Origin: a bacterium
GTDB lineage: Bacteria; Bacillota_I; Bacilli_A; RFN20; CAG-826
Assembly (NCBI GenBank): GCA_963617535.1
Contig: CAVEPD010000002.1
Location: 23,917 to 87,916, forward strand
Direction of reading: 5' to 3'
DNA length: 64,000 nucleotides
Part shown: positions 28,944 through 38,822 of the stretch, one piece after another
Layout of the letters: every line of letters starts with the position of its first letter
How positions within the stretch are numbered: position 1 is the first letter of the stretch
Position numbers and translations under genes: made by a program
The notes under the pieces: generated by a model
What the model was told of the DNA's origin: nothing
What the model saw: the letters and a program-made list of their open reading frames with translations, nothing else
Database searches by the model: none

Positions 28944-30361
28944 TGGAAGAAAACGATATTTCAAAGAACACCGAAGAGACGGCTTTTCTGTCTCGTTACG
29001 ACACGGTTTTATCCTTTTTATCGCTTGAGGTTCTTTGCTTAGGAACCTTTGCATTAGGAGGCGCACTGGGCCTCACCATTTTCCGTATTCTTAGTCTTTT
29101 CTTGTCCGTCATCACGATTGGTTTCTTGTTTAACAACTACCGCGCGGAAGAAAAGAAACGTTACTGGATATGCTTGATCCCCTTCTTTTGCCTTGCTCTG
29201 CTTCTTGGGCTTTCGCGTTTTTTCCTAACAAGCGGGACGTCCCTCTTCAGCAATTTCGTTAACGGACTAGTCGTCAGCGTTGGTCTCGTTGGTTTCTTCT
29301 TGCTAGGACAAGGAGTTAAATCGATTCCCGTCCTTAAGAAAGACATCATCTTGCTTTGCCTAGGCGGCACGCTTGCCTTAATGGTCCTGATCCCAGGCTT
29401 CTACTCTTTGATCCGTTATGGCTTCTTCTACGCCCAAAGATACAAGGGAATGGTCTATTACTACGATGGGGTTGTTTTCCAAATCGCGAATGAGACCAAG
29501 GCTTTGAGCGGATTCTCTTTCTTGGAAGTGAGTCTTTCTTATGGGAAGCTTGCTTCTTTTTTGCTCAGCCTTGCCGCGATTCCATGTATGTTCATCTCTC
29601 CTAAAAAGGAGACGAAGCGATTCCTCTGCTTCCTTGGATTTGGCTTATTTGGCCTATTCGATTTAATCATCGTGCCCTTCTGGCTTGCTTTAATCCTTGT
29701 GGCGTTTATTTATTTGCTCGCTCTGATTTATCGACTCGTTTGGGGGAAGGTACAAAAGGACAATAGCCAGGAGAAGGCAGACAAGGTCTTAAAGATTTGC
29801 TTCTTCGTTCTGATTGGCCTTGTACTAGCTGGGCTGCTTGTCTTGACAATCGACGCCTTAACAAACTCCATTATTTCCAAATTGCCCATCAAAGCCGTGC
29901 AGACAAGCAGGTCTGGCGGCATTCTTTCGCGCATCGCCAACGCGATTCGCGGCGTCTTCCTAGAGGAAAGCGATTCGAGTAAGAAACTTAACTTGCTCGG
30001 AATGCTTTTTGGGGTCAACTCCACTTATGCAAGCGGTAAGATGCTCACTAGGGTTTTCGAGTTCAGCTTGCTTTGGGAAAATGGCCTAATCGCGTTCGCC
30101 TTGTTCCTTTATTGCGCTTTCTTCATGATCAAAGAATCCCACCGCTTTTTGGTGAAAGGAAATGAGAGGATAGATTATAAAGTCGCCATCGTCGCGCTTC
30201 TTCTTGGACTGTTCCTCTATCTTTCTATCTTCAATGATGAGCAACCCGTCCGTCATTCGGAAGCTTTCTCTGCTTGGAGCAGAGGTTCCTTCCCGATGCT
30301 TGCTTGCTTCGCTTCCGGTTTGATTTATACCCATAAGGAAAAGGAGGCTGCCCATGAATAA
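28943..30361 (+). CDS. Polytopic membrane protein (about 10-12 TM), possibly O-antigen polymerase/ligase-like
   Basis: ATG at 28943 overlaps the upstream stop (TGATG) with GGAGG 12 nt upstream. Many TM helices and a larger loop near residues 300-360. No catalytic motif recognised. Confidence 0.45.
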   Translation: MEENDISKNTEETAFLSRYDTVLSFLSLEVLCLGTFALGGALGLTIFRILSLFLSVITIGFLFNNYRAEEKKRYWICLIPFFCLALLLGLSRFFLTSGTSLFSNFVNGLVVSVGLVGFFLLGQGVKSIPVLKKDIILLCLGGTLALMVLIPGFYSLIRYGFFYAQRYKGMVYYYDGVVFQIANETKALSGFSFLEVSLSYGKLASFLLSLAAIPCMFISPKKETKRFLCFLGFGLFGLFDLIIVPFWLALILVAFIYLLALIYRLVWGKVQKDNSQEKADKVLKICFFVLIGLVLAGLLVLTIDALTNSIISKLPIKAVQTSRSGGILSRIANAIRGVFLEESDSSKKLNLLGMLFGVNSTYASGKMLTRVFEFSLLWENGLIAFALFLYCAFFMIKESHRFLVKGNERIDYKVAIVALLLGLFLYLSIFNDEQPVRHSEAFSAWSRGSFPMLACFASGLIYTHKEKEAAHE

Positions 30362-31358
30362 GAAAAACCTTTGCGCACTGCTTCTAGCGTGCCTCTCCCT
30401 CGCTTCCTGCACGGACACGTCTGAACTATACGAAGGGGATGCTTATGTCGCGTTGAGCTTCGTAGACAACCGTTACTCCGTTTGGCCGGATAAGCTAAAG
30501 AACGCGACCATCAAAGAAACCAAAAATCTTGTGAACGTCAAAGAAGATGGAAGCACGAATGGCTGCTATTTCGCTGGTAGCGACATCGCTAGCGATGGGG
30601 TGACTTGCTATGGCTACAATCAACTTAAAGCCAGACACCCTGAGGCTGTGACAGTTGATGGGACAAAAGATGGGACGCCTTTGTATTGGACGATTCCTAG
30701 CGGAGGCATGACCTTAAGCGATGGGACCCGCATATACGCTGGAGCCGACATTATTAACAATGGCGTTGGAAAATGGGCGGATCAGTCACCTCTAGTCGGC
30801 GTGCTTTATGGACAAACCAAGAAGCTCAATCTTTTGAATTCCGCCTTCTCCCGTGGCTATTTGTCCAAACTTTATAACGGGCAGATCCAATGCGATGCCT
30901 GGTCGAGCTATTCTCTTGTTGAACTTGATAAGTCGGGGTATGGGACCTTCTTCCCCGTAGAGCTTCATAGCGCTTCTTATTTCGCTTTCTCTTGCCGTGG
31001 CGGCAGCGATACCCCGGGAAATGCCGCAGGAAGGCTCAGCCGTTTCAATATAAATGTGACCTTCTATAAATTAGAAAACGAGGGCTACGTTGGGACGACT
31101 TTCGCGCTTGATAATGTTCCTCTAGAGACCAATATCTCCGCAGAACACACTTCTTTGGTGGGCTTTTACTTCGATGAAGTGGGCTATGACCCAAGCGGAG
31201 TGGTCGGGATGTCCGTGACTTATTCTTTAAAAGAAGACAAAGCTTTGATTGATGGTGTCGAGGTTTATCCGACGGACGATTTTGATGACCCCGATGCGGC
31301 TTATCACACCGGACTAATCATGCTTGAAGTCTTGTTCCCGGATTCCGAATGGAACTAA
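30354..31358 (+). CDS. Lipoprotein of unknown function
   Basis: Signal peptide with lipobox MNKKNLCALLLACLSLASC-T; GGAGG RBS; 334 aa, beta-rich. Confidence 0.6.
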   Translation: MNKKNLCALLLACLSLASCTDTSELYEGDAYVALSFVDNRYSVWPDKLKNATIKETKNLVNVKEDGSTNGCYFAGSDIASDGVTCYGYNQLKARHPEAVTVDGTKDGTPLYWTIPSGGMTLSDGTRIYAGADIINNGVGKWADQSPLVGVLYGQTKKLNLLNSAFSRGYLSKLYNGQIQCDAWSSYSLVELDKSGYGTFFPVELHSASYFAFSCRGGSDTPGNAAGRLSRFNINVTFYKLENEGYVGTTFALDNVPLETNISAEHTSLVGFYFDEVGYDPSGVVGMSVTYSLKEDKALIDGVEVYPTDDFDDPDAAYHTGLIMLEVLFPDSEWN

Positions 31359-31361
31359 GGG

Positions 31362-32276
31362 CTATTTCTTTTTGAGATAAGGCGAAATATCGAGCCATTC
31401 ACCCATAGTGAAATCGCAGGAATCGTCATCTAAGATGAGCGTTCCTTTGGCTGGGGTGAAGGTCATTTCGCTGAAATATATTTTTCCATCGATCTCATAA
31501 AGGTCGCAACGCACGAAGGGGAAGGGCGCGCAAAGGTCTTCCGCCATCTTGACCATGGCATCCCAATCCTTCGGCTTTTCAGGGCACACATCTGCTTTTT
31601 TCCAGCCGTTGAATTGGCTTCCGTCAAAAGACTCCCAAGCGGTGGTCAGCTCCGTGTAACGGATATCTTTTCCTCTGCCCGTGACGACATATAGGTTCTT
31701 GGCTTTTCCGTTATAGACGTGAATTTTGTATTCCACGGGTAAAACAGAAGGGTCGCCCATCCATTTCTCAATAATGATTTGGGGTTTGATTGGCGAATAA
31801 TGACGTTCCATGGTCTTCTTGCCGTAGTCGGAAGAAAGCCAATGGTCAAATTTCTTTTTTGCTTCGTTGAGGTCCAGGCTTGCTTTGTCTTTCACCAAGA
31901 TATTCCATCCTGAAGCATGGGAGCATTTCATGACGAAACGATCGGGAAGACTATCGAAAGGAATATCCGAGAAACGGTCAAAAACCCCGTAAATCGGAAT
32001 TAAATTGTCCTCATATCCCTTTTCTTTTACGTAGTCTCTTACTCCGACTCGTCCGGCGCAGCGGCTGACTTCTTTCCATTTGGGATAAACGTACAGCCTT
32101 AAGTATTGGAGCTTTTCGGTATAACGCACAGGCGGGTTCAAATGCAATTTGTGATGGGTGATGTAGCGATATTGCAGTTTGACGTATAACGTTGGGGATA
32201 TGCATTTCACAAAGGGACGGGCAATGGAGCCCAACGCCCTTTTCAATTTGTTTTCCTTTAAGTTGGGGTTGCTCAT
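31362..32276 (-). CDS. ATP-grasp fold amidoligase, TupA-like (teichuronopeptide-type)
   Basis: About 300 aa with FVMKCSHASGWNI, YKIHVYNG and RCDLYEIDGKIYFSEMTFTP, characteristic of the TupA-like ATP-grasp family found in polysaccharide loci. Confidence 0.65.
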   Translation of the reverse strand: MSNPNLKENKLKRALGSIARPFVKCISPTLYVKLQYRYITHHKLHLNPPVRYTEKLQYLRLYVYPKWKEVSRCAGRVGVRDYVKEKGYEDNLIPIYGVFDRFSDIPFDSLPDRFVMKCSHASGWNILVKDKASLDLNEAKKKFDHWLSSDYGKKTMERHYSPIKPQIIIEKWMGDPSVLPVEYKIHVYNGKAKNLYVVTGRGKDIRYTELTTAWESFDGSQFNGWKKADVCPEKPKDWDAMVKMAEDLCAPFPFVRCDLYEIDGKIYFSEMTFTPAKGTLILDDDSCDFTMGEWLDISPYLKKK

Positions 32277-33835
32277 TCTTTGGCCTCCTTCTTTTTGAAA
32301 AAGGAATAGATGGTCTGCTCTTTTAGCAAGAACAAAGAAATTAGATAGACGAACGCGTCAAGCGCGACGGTGATAAGCAAAGAGAATAAGGATATTTGCC
32401 AGGCTTCTTCAAAGACGTTGGTGAGAACGTTAGAAAGGAACGGGCAAAAGAAATAAGAGAACACAGCGATGGCGATGCCCACCGCAACAATTTTGAGGTT
32501 GTTCAAATTGAAGACTGCCTTTAAGGAGTATTGACGGGATACGTAGATGAGATAGGCGCAAAGCAGTAAATCGCTTAATGCGGTCGCCAAAGCAACGCCA
32601 ATTGCTGGGTGATCTTTAAAGAAGACCAAGGCAAAAAGAACGGACAAGCTGACGTTGAGAATGACGCCGAAAGTCATCGCATAGAGGTAGTACTTCTCTT
32701 TTTTCATCGGCAAGAGAATCTCATTATAGATGTTGTCGCCAATGGAATAAGTCAACATCATCAGCGAAAGCGTGACGAGCACCCAATCGGCATCTTGATA
32801 CATGTTGCTTCCTGACAAAACGTCCCCGGAGCCTGATATCAAAGAAGTGATTGGCTTTGCCATCGTGGCCATCGTCGCAATAGCAGGAATCGCGATGAAA
32901 AAAGTCAAAGCGAAGGACCCGTTGATTAATATTTGATAGAAACGTTTGTTTTCTTTCCCGTAATAATAAGAGGCTCGAGGAAGGAAAACCGCATAAAGAG
33001 AAGTGATTAAAGTGATGACGATGTCGATGCCTTTGACCCCGACTGAATAGGAGCCGACGCTGGCTTTGCTCGTATCGATTAAGCCCAGTAAGAACTGGTC
33101 GGTCTGGTTATAAAGAGTGAGCGCGAATGAAATTAGGAAAAGAACGAGAAGAGGCCGGATAAGTGGCTTAATCGGGCATAGTTTTGCTTTTCCTAATGAA
33201 ATGTAGCGTGGCAATAACAAGCAATTTGTAAGCGAGGTGAGCAAGGTATAGCTGATGGCGATCAAAGCGTAGATATAAACCTCACCCATTAGGAAAGCGT
33301 AGGTGTCGCTGCGACGGATGAACATGAAGGTCATTAGTGCCCCGATGGCGATGAAGGAAATGGAACGAACCGTGATGTAAAAATGCTTTTCGAGGGCGAT
33401 ATAAATCCATTCGAAACTAAAGGCCCCCGCTAAGAAATTCAGCGACAACAAGAATATGAGTTCCTTGCTCTCTAACAAAGAAGGAACGCTGAAGACGAAA
33501 ACGCACATTAGGCCGAATGAGAAAAGGGTCGTGATCCCTTGGAGGAGAAAGAATGTTTTGGCTAACGAGGCCAACTTTCTTTTATCGTCTTTTACTTTTG
33601 AGCATTCTCGAATCGCTAGATTCGGAATTGAAATTTTGGCCAAGACGAGGAAATAGTAAACAAAAGCGTTGGCCCAACTATAGAGGCCGAAAACTTGATC
33701 TCCTAAAGCCCTGGTTATATAGGGGTAAGTCAAAAAGGAAAGGATGGTCATCGTCAGCGTGCGAATCAAATTGATGATGACGTTCGAGCGTACGCTTAAG
33801 GTATTTCTTTCGCTTTTCTTCGTTTCGACGGCCAT
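32273..33835 (-). CDS. wzx: Oligosaccharide flippase (Wzx / MOP-family polysaccharide biosynthesis protein)
   Basis: The track ORF extends to 34366, but the N-terminal 177 aa are antisense to the adjacent GT gene. The ATG at 33835 (MAVETKKSERNTLSVRSNVIINLIR...) gives a typical Wzx N-terminus and about 12 TM helices. Confidence 0.7.
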   Translation of the reverse strand: MAVETKKSERNTLSVRSNVIINLIRTLTMTILSFLTYPYITRALGDQVFGLYSWANAFVYYFLVLAKISIPNLAIRECSKVKDDKRKLASLAKTFFLLQGITTLFSFGLMCVFVFSVPSLLESKELIFLLSLNFLAGAFSFEWIYIALEKHFYITVRSISFIAIGALMTFMFIRRSDTYAFLMGEVYIYALIAISYTLLTSLTNCLLLPRYISLGKAKLCPIKPLIRPLLVLFLISFALTLYNQTDQFLLGLIDTSKASVGSYSVGVKGIDIVITLITSLYAVFLPRASYYYGKENKRFYQILINGSFALTFFIAIPAIATMATMAKPITSLISGSGDVLSGSNMYQDADWVLVTLSLMMLTYSIGDNIYNEILLPMKKEKYYLYAMTFGVILNVSLSVLFALVFFKDHPAIGVALATALSDLLLCAYLIYVSRQYSLKAVFNLNNLKIVAVGIAIAVFSYFFCPFLSNVLTNVFEEAWQISLFSLLITVALDAFVYLISLFLLKEQTIYSFFKKKEAKE

Positions 33836-33886
33836 TGCGGGAATTATTATACACGCGCGGAAGAATTTCTTTCTTTTTGTGAGATA

Positions 33887-35080
33887 ATGGGCTTGATGAA
33901 AATTCTTGTCGTGACGCCCCATTATTACCCGGAAGGTTTCTCGATCACTGCGATGTGCGAGGAATGGGTTAAAGAAGGGAATGATGTTCTCGTCGTAACC
34001 GATAAACCCAATTATGGCTTTGGGCGGATTTTGCCTGAATATCGTCATGTGAACGACGAAGTGATAAATGGGGTCAGAGTCCACCGCTGTAACAGCTTTG
34101 CCCGCAAGGACTCGAGAATTTCGATCATTAAAAATTATCTTTCCTATTATCTGACCGCGAAACGCTACCTCACTCATCTTAAAGAAGAGTTCGATGTTGT
34201 CTATTCTTTTTCCTTGTCTCCCGTGATGGGCATTTCTGGGGCCAACGTTTACGCCAAGAAGCATCATGTCCGCCATGTTCTTCACTGCCTTGATCTTTGG
34301 CCGGAATCCGTATCGTCTACGGGCGCGATGAGTAAGAAGAATCCTGGCTACCGCATTCTTTCTCACTGGTCAAAAGAGATTTATAAAAAAGCAGACGAAA
34401 TTTTGGTTTCTTCCCCCTCGTTTAAGACTTACTTTCAAGAGGTTCTTGAATTGCCCGGGGACAATATTTCTTTTGTTCCCCAGCCTCCTTACTTAGTGGA
34501 GCAGAACGGGGAAGACTTTCAATATCCCCGCAAAAACGCCTTCCTTTATGCTGGAAATATCGGCCGTTTGCAGCTTGTTGAGCAATTGTGCGAGGCTTTT
34601 TCTTTGCTTCCCAAAGACATTGAAACCACCCTTTATATCATTGGGATGGGCGCTAGACAAAAACAGGTTGAACAGCTTATTAAAGAGAAGCGTCTCGATG
34701 GACGCGTTGTTTTCTTAGGCCCCAAGCCGAGAAAAGAAACGGCGAGATATTATGCGAAAGTCGATGCGGTCGTCGTCAGTCTTACGGATAAAGGTTTCGT
34801 TGGCAAAACAATCCCAAATAAATTAAGTTCCTCTCTTTATTACGGGAAGCCGTTTTTTGGGGTGATTCAGGGCGACGGCAGAGCAATTCTAGAAAAAACG
34901 GGCGGCGCTGTTCTTTCGGATGGTGAGGATCCCGCTTCCATTAAAGAAGCATTGGTTCAATTCTTGAAACTAAGCGATGAAGATAAGGCGAAAATGGGCG
35001 AAGCAAACAAAAAATGTTTCGATGACACTTTCTCTTTTTCTTCCTGCATGAAGCAAATCAACGAGCACTTAAAGAAGTGA
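33887..35080 (+). CDS. Glycosyltransferase family 4
   Basis: KILVVTPHYYPEGF N-terminus; C-terminal GT4 Rossmann domain; 397 aa. Confidence 0.75.
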   Translation: MGLMKILVVTPHYYPEGFSITAMCEEWVKEGNDVLVVTDKPNYGFGRILPEYRHVNDEVINGVRVHRCNSFARKDSRISIIKNYLSYYLTAKRYLTHLKEEFDVVYSFSLSPVMGISGANVYAKKHHVRHVLHCLDLWPESVSSTGAMSKKNPGYRILSHWSKEIYKKADEILVSSPSFKTYFQEVLELPGDNISFVPQPPYLVEQNGEDFQYPRKNAFLYAGNIGRLQLVEQLCEAFSLLPKDIETTLYIIGMGARQKQVEQLIKEKRLDGRVVFLGPKPRKETARYYAKVDAVVVSLTDKGFVGKTIPNKLSSSLYYGKPFFGVIQGDGRAILEKTGGAVLSDGEDPASIKEALVQFLKLSDEDKAKMGEANKKCFDDTFSFSSCMKQINEHLKK

Positions 35081-36215
35081 GGAAATCAATCAAGGCTTTT
35101 CCAATCGCGTAGGAGCCTAAATCCTTTTTTATGCTCGAGGGGGACATATTTGGTTTTACCTTTGTGATTGTCCCATCTTTTCCGATGTGCTCTTTGTAGA
35201 ATTTCACTAGGTTAGCTGTCGGGTCTTCCCCGCTGTTTGGGAGAACGTTAATCGAATTTTCGTAAGCCTCCAAAATGGGTGTGGACGGCGTGGACAATAT
35301 TGTGGATCCGGAGGCGAGATACTCCAAAACTTTGGAGGGAACGGAGACTTCGTCAAGCTTCTTTGAGTAGATGCGTGGGTTGATTAGCAACGCGGCATTT
35401 TTTAAATAAGCATAATGGTCTTGCTTTGTTAGCTGTCCAACAAAGTGAACCCTTTTGTTGAGCTTGCATTTTTCCTTAAGAATGGATTCGTAAGGACCAT
35501 GCCCCGCAATCACGAGGTCGATGTTGGGCCGCGCTACCAAATAGCTGTCGATTAAGGCCTTGGTCCCATCTTTGACGAACAACGCTCCGCCATAATAAAT
35601 GTAAGGCGTGCCTAAAGGCGACGGACAAGCGGGAATGTCATCAACTAGGCCCATTTTCACTAGAGCTGGTGCATCGTTTTTATTGAATAAGGAAACTAGT
35701 CCTTTGGTTAAAGCAAAATATCCGTCGGCCTTAGAAGACAAAGAAAGGCATGTTCTTTGATAGGTTTTGCCCGTTCCTGAGATGTTATGAGGGTCATCGG
35801 TTAGAATGGCCACTCGTTTAACGCCGTATTTTTTGCTAAGGATTTTCGCGGCTTTTGCTAACGCCAAGTTTAGTGAGTCGTATAGAACGAAATCGTCCTC
35901 GCCTATATCGGGAAAATCTGACTTTATTTTTTCGGCGATTTTTTTAGGCAAAGACAAAAAACGAAAAACCTTATTCCCCCTACCGTCCAAATAATGGACG
36001 CGGAGAGGCCCATAGGGATCAAAGGTCTTTGCTTCTAACCAACCTTCTTGGCTTGGGATCAATGAATAGGCTTCGGTTTGAATGAAGCCGGCGAGCGCGT
36101 GAAGCAATTTGTTGTGGAAATTCTGCCCGGCCGGGTTTGGCTTCATGACGGCTTTCGCGTTAAGGAGAGCAAAGTCGCTTTCCTCAAGGGCGTTGCTAAG
36201 GTAAAAGATTCTCAT
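35058..36215 (-). CDS. Glycosyltransferase (GT-B fold, GT4-like)
   Basis: 385 aa; RIFYLSNAL start and two-Rossmann organisation with a C-terminal EX7E-like region. Confidence 0.6.
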   Translation of the reverse strand: MRIFYLSNALEESDFALLNAKAVMKPNPAGQNFHNKLLHALAGFIQTEAYSLIPSQEGWLEAKTFDPYGPLRVHYLDGRGNKVFRFLSLPKKIAEKIKSDFPDIGEDDFVLYDSLNLALAKAAKILSKKYGVKRVAILTDDPHNISGTGKTYQRTCLSLSSKADGYFALTKGLVSLFNKNDAPALVKMGLVDDIPACPSPLGTPYIYYGGALFVKDGTKALIDSYLVARPNIDLVIAGHGPYESILKEKCKLNKRVHFVGQLTKQDHYAYLKNAALLINPRIYSKKLDEVSVPSKVLEYLASGSTILSTPSTPILEAYENSINVLPNSGEDPTANLVKFYKEHIGKDGTITKVKPNMSPSSIKKDLGSYAIGKALIDFLTSLSAR

Positions 36216-36223
36216 GGTGCTGC

Positions 36224-37315
36224 TTATTTGACTTTTGAAAAGTAATCAACGAAGAACTGAGCGGATTTCTCCATCGTGTTGTTTCGGGCGACTTTTAAGG
36301 CGTTCTCCTCCATGGTTTTGCTTGGGAAACTCCGCAAAACCTTGGCGATTTCGTTCTCGTCATCTAAGTCGATGAGGTATCCATTTTCCCCGTCTTTGAT
36401 TAAATGGAGAGCCGCATTCACCTTCTTGGAGGACACAACCGGCAACGCTTGGCTTAAAGCCTCGTTGATCACGTGGCCATAGATGTCTTCTTTGGAAAGG
36501 AAAACGAAGCAATCCCCGGCTTTGAAATATTCTAGGATTTCCTCGTGTGGCTTGAAGGGCAACAAGAAAACGTTATGTAAATCCAGTGAACGAATGAGGG
36601 CTTCGTATTCTTCTTTCTGCTCCCCTTCCCCGAGAATATAGAGGCTGTCCGAAGGGCTCATGAGCCTCCATAAGCGAATTAAGGTCTTGTAGTTCTTCCT
36701 CTCGATGAATTGGCCTACGGAAAAATAGATTCTTTCGCCTTTTAGGCCCAGTGCTTCTCTGAGTTCCCTTTTCTTTTCTAGACTCGCTGGTTCACTAGGG
36801 AGTTCCTTTTCGAAAACCGTCGAATAGGGGTAATAGGCAATCTTATTTTTGTCCGCCCCATAATAGGTTAAGTAAGAGGCGCTATTCTCATCGGGGCTGA
36901 AATAAAGCTCCGCCCCTTTGATGAAATGGGTTTTGATGCGGCGTCTGAAAACACCCTCTTTCGGCTTAGCGATGCCTCCGTTAATCCAGAAAACATAAGG
37001 AATCTTGTGGCGCTTGCAATAGGCGATGGTCCTTTGCTCAGTGAGGGTTCTCCAACCATTAATCACGATGATGTCGTATTGGTTCTTTTTTAAAGCTTTG
37101 ACGGGATCACGCGTGTAGTTATCCCCCTCACCCCAAGCTTTTGAAGCGCAGATATGACAGGAAAAAGAGAGAGGCTTCTCAGAATAGAAAATGCTGTTTC
37201 TGCTTTTTTCACTTGCGCGTTCAAAATAGACATCGAGGTCCACTTGTTTTCCTAGCTCATTAAAGTAGTTGACCTTGTAAGGGGCTGGATGATTGAAAAG
37301 CCAAAACACTTTCAT
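36224..37315 (-). CDS. Glycosyltransferase family 4
   Basis: YGHVINEALSQALPVVSS (EX7E-type motif) and GEGEQKEEYEAL region; 363 aa. Confidence 0.75.
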   Translation of the reverse strand: MKVFWLFNHPAPYKVNYFNELGKQVDLDVYFERASEKSRNSIFYSEKPLSFSCHICASKAWGEGDNYTRDPVKALKKNQYDIIVINGWRTLTEQRTIAYCKRHKIPYVFWINGGIAKPKEGVFRRRIKTHFIKGAELYFSPDENSASYLTYYGADKNKIAYYPYSTVFEKELPSEPASLEKKRELREALGLKGERIYFSVGQFIERKNYKTLIRLWRLMSPSDSLYILGEGEQKEEYEALIRSLDLHNVFLLPFKPHEEILEYFKAGDCFVFLSKEDIYGHVINEALSQALPVVSSKKVNAALHLIKDGENGYLIDLDDENEIAKVLRSFPSKTMEENALKVARNNTMEKSAQFFVDYFSKVK

Positions 37316-37353
37316 ATCCCCCTCATTATCGCACGGGAAGTTATAATCGTCTT

Positions 37354-38019
37354 ATGATTTCGGACTGGAAAACGTTCTTTGACAAGGTTCATGCCGAACC
37401 CTACAGCAAAACATTGCATGATTTTTTAAGGGAAGAATATGCCTCTCATGTTGTATACCCTCCTCACGATTTGGTGTTTAATGCCTTCAACTTAACATCC
37501 CCAAAAGACATTAAGGCGGTCATTATCGGGCAAGACCCCTACCACAATCCCGGGCAGGCGATGGGCTTGTCTTTTTCCGTTCCAGAAGGCGTTCCTTTGC
37601 CTCCTTCTTTGATCAATATTTACAAAGAAATCGAAAACGATCTTGGCTGCAAGATGGATTTCAATAACGGCGATCTGACTTGCTGGGCTAAGCAAGGCGT
37701 CCTCCTTTTGAATGCCTATTTGACGGTTCGCGAGAACGCCCCGCTTTCTCACGCGAGAAAGGAATATGACTCGTTCATCGCGGATACGATGAACTATCTA
37801 GATACCTTAGATCAGCCAATCGTTTTCTTACTTTGGGGCGGTTTTGCAAAGAAATTCATCCCTTTTGTGAAAAACAAAAACCATTTTGTCTTAACTTCCG
37901 TTCACCCCTCTCCTCTTTCCGCGAACCGCGGAGGCTGGTTTGGTAAACATCAATTTTCTAAGGTGAATGAAATTTTAATTTCTCATGGCGCGACCCCGAT
38001 TGATTGGAGCAACCAATGA
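37354..38019 (+). CDS. ung: Uracil-DNA glycosylase (family 1)
   Basis: GQDPYH water-activating motif, GVLLLN, HPSPLS. A TATAAT lies 7 nt upstream of the ATG, so the transcript may be leaderless. Confidence 0.9.
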   Translation: MISDWKTFFDKVHAEPYSKTLHDFLREEYASHVVYPPHDLVFNAFNLTSPKDIKAVIIGQDPYHNPGQAMGLSFSVPEGVPLPPSLINIYKEIENDLGCKMDFNNGDLTCWAKQGVLLLNAYLTVRENAPLSHARKEYDSFIADTMNYLDTLDQPIVFLLWGGFAKKFIPFVKNKNHFVLTSVHPSPLSANRGGWFGKHQFSKVNEILISHGATPIDWSNQ

Positions 38020-38633
38020 AGGGCGTTATCGTTGTCGGCAACAATCTCGACGCTTCTTTGGCGCGAGAAGAATGCAAAGACGCCTTTGTGATTGGCGCGG
38101 ATAAAGGCGCCCTCTATTGCTATAAGAACGGCATTCAAATGGATGTTGCCGTTGGAGATTTTGACTCGCTAAACCCAGAAGAGAGGGCACGTGTATGCTC
38201 TTTTGCCAAAAAGACGGTGATGCTAAACCCAATCAAAGACGATACAGATACGGCTCACGCTTTGTCTCTATTAAAAGATTGTGGAAAAGTTTCGATTCTT
38301 GGAGGGATCCAAGGAAAGCGAATCGAGCATTTTTTGGCGATTCTCGACTTGCTGGCTAACGACACCCGCGTTTGTCTCAAAGACAACAATAGCTTGTTGA
38401 ATGTTCTTCTTCCGGGCGAATACGTTTTTGAAAAAGGCCCTTATCAGTTCTTCTCGATTTTCGCCGTGGAGGATTCGCTTGTGTCTTTAGAAGGCTTCGC
38501 TTATCTCTTGGATAATTTTCTCTTAAAGAGGCTAAATCCTTTGGGCGTGTCGAATCAAATTGAAGGCGAAAGGGCCCGCATAATCCTAAAAAAGGGAAAA
38601 CTCCTTTTGGTTCGTTCTAAGTCTGACTCTTGA
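38016..38633 (+). CDS. thiN: Thiamine pyrophosphokinase
   Basis: VGDFDSL motif and IKDDTD...GGIQGKR region. The ATG at 38016 overlaps the ung stop (ATGA) with GGAG 7 nt upstream; the track's earlier start is TTG. Confidence 0.8.
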   Translation: MKGVIVVGNNLDASLAREECKDAFVIGADKGALYCYKNGIQMDVAVGDFDSLNPEERARVCSFAKKTVMLNPIKDDTDTAHALSLLKDCGKVSILGGIQGKRIEHFLAILDLLANDTRVCLKDNNSLLNVLLPGEYVFEKGPYQFFSIFAVEDSLVSLEGFAYLLDNFLLKRLNPLGVSNQIEGERARIILKKGKLLLVRSKSDS

Positions 38634-38659
38634 ATTTGCCCGTGCCTGGTTCTAGGATT

Positions 38660-38760
38660 TGCACGTCGATAGGGGAGCCGCAAAGGCTGAGAGGCTATCT
38701 GAAATGGTAGCGACCCTTGACCTGAACTAGGTAATGCTAGCGTAGGAAATCGAGCTCAAC
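38660..38760 (+). ncRNA. TPP (THI-element) riboswitch controlling thiT
   Basis: GGGGAGCC...GCTGAGAGGC...ACCCTTGACCTGAACTAGGTAATGCTAGCGTAGGAAA matches the THI-box consensus (CUGAGA, ACCCUU-GAACCUGAUC-GGUUAAUACC-AGCGUAGGGA). P1 stem is TCGAT/ATCGA. Confidence 0.8.
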
Positions 38761-38785
38761 TCCGTTTTTCTTAGGATGTCTCCTT

Positions 38786-38822
38786 CTCCGTCAGCGACCT
38801 GTTCTGACGGATTTTCTTTTTC
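38786..38822 (+). terminator. Riboswitch expression-platform terminator
   Basis: CCGTCAG-cgacctgtt-CTGACGG followed by ATTTTCTTTTTC, immediately upstream of the thiT RBS AGGAGG. Confidence 0.6.

Noticed and set aside
33836-34366. N-terminal 177 aa of the track ORF 32273-34366 (minus)
   Set aside because: This part is antisense to the GT4 gene start region. The Wzx-like protein has a natural start at the ATG at 33835, so the extension is spurious.
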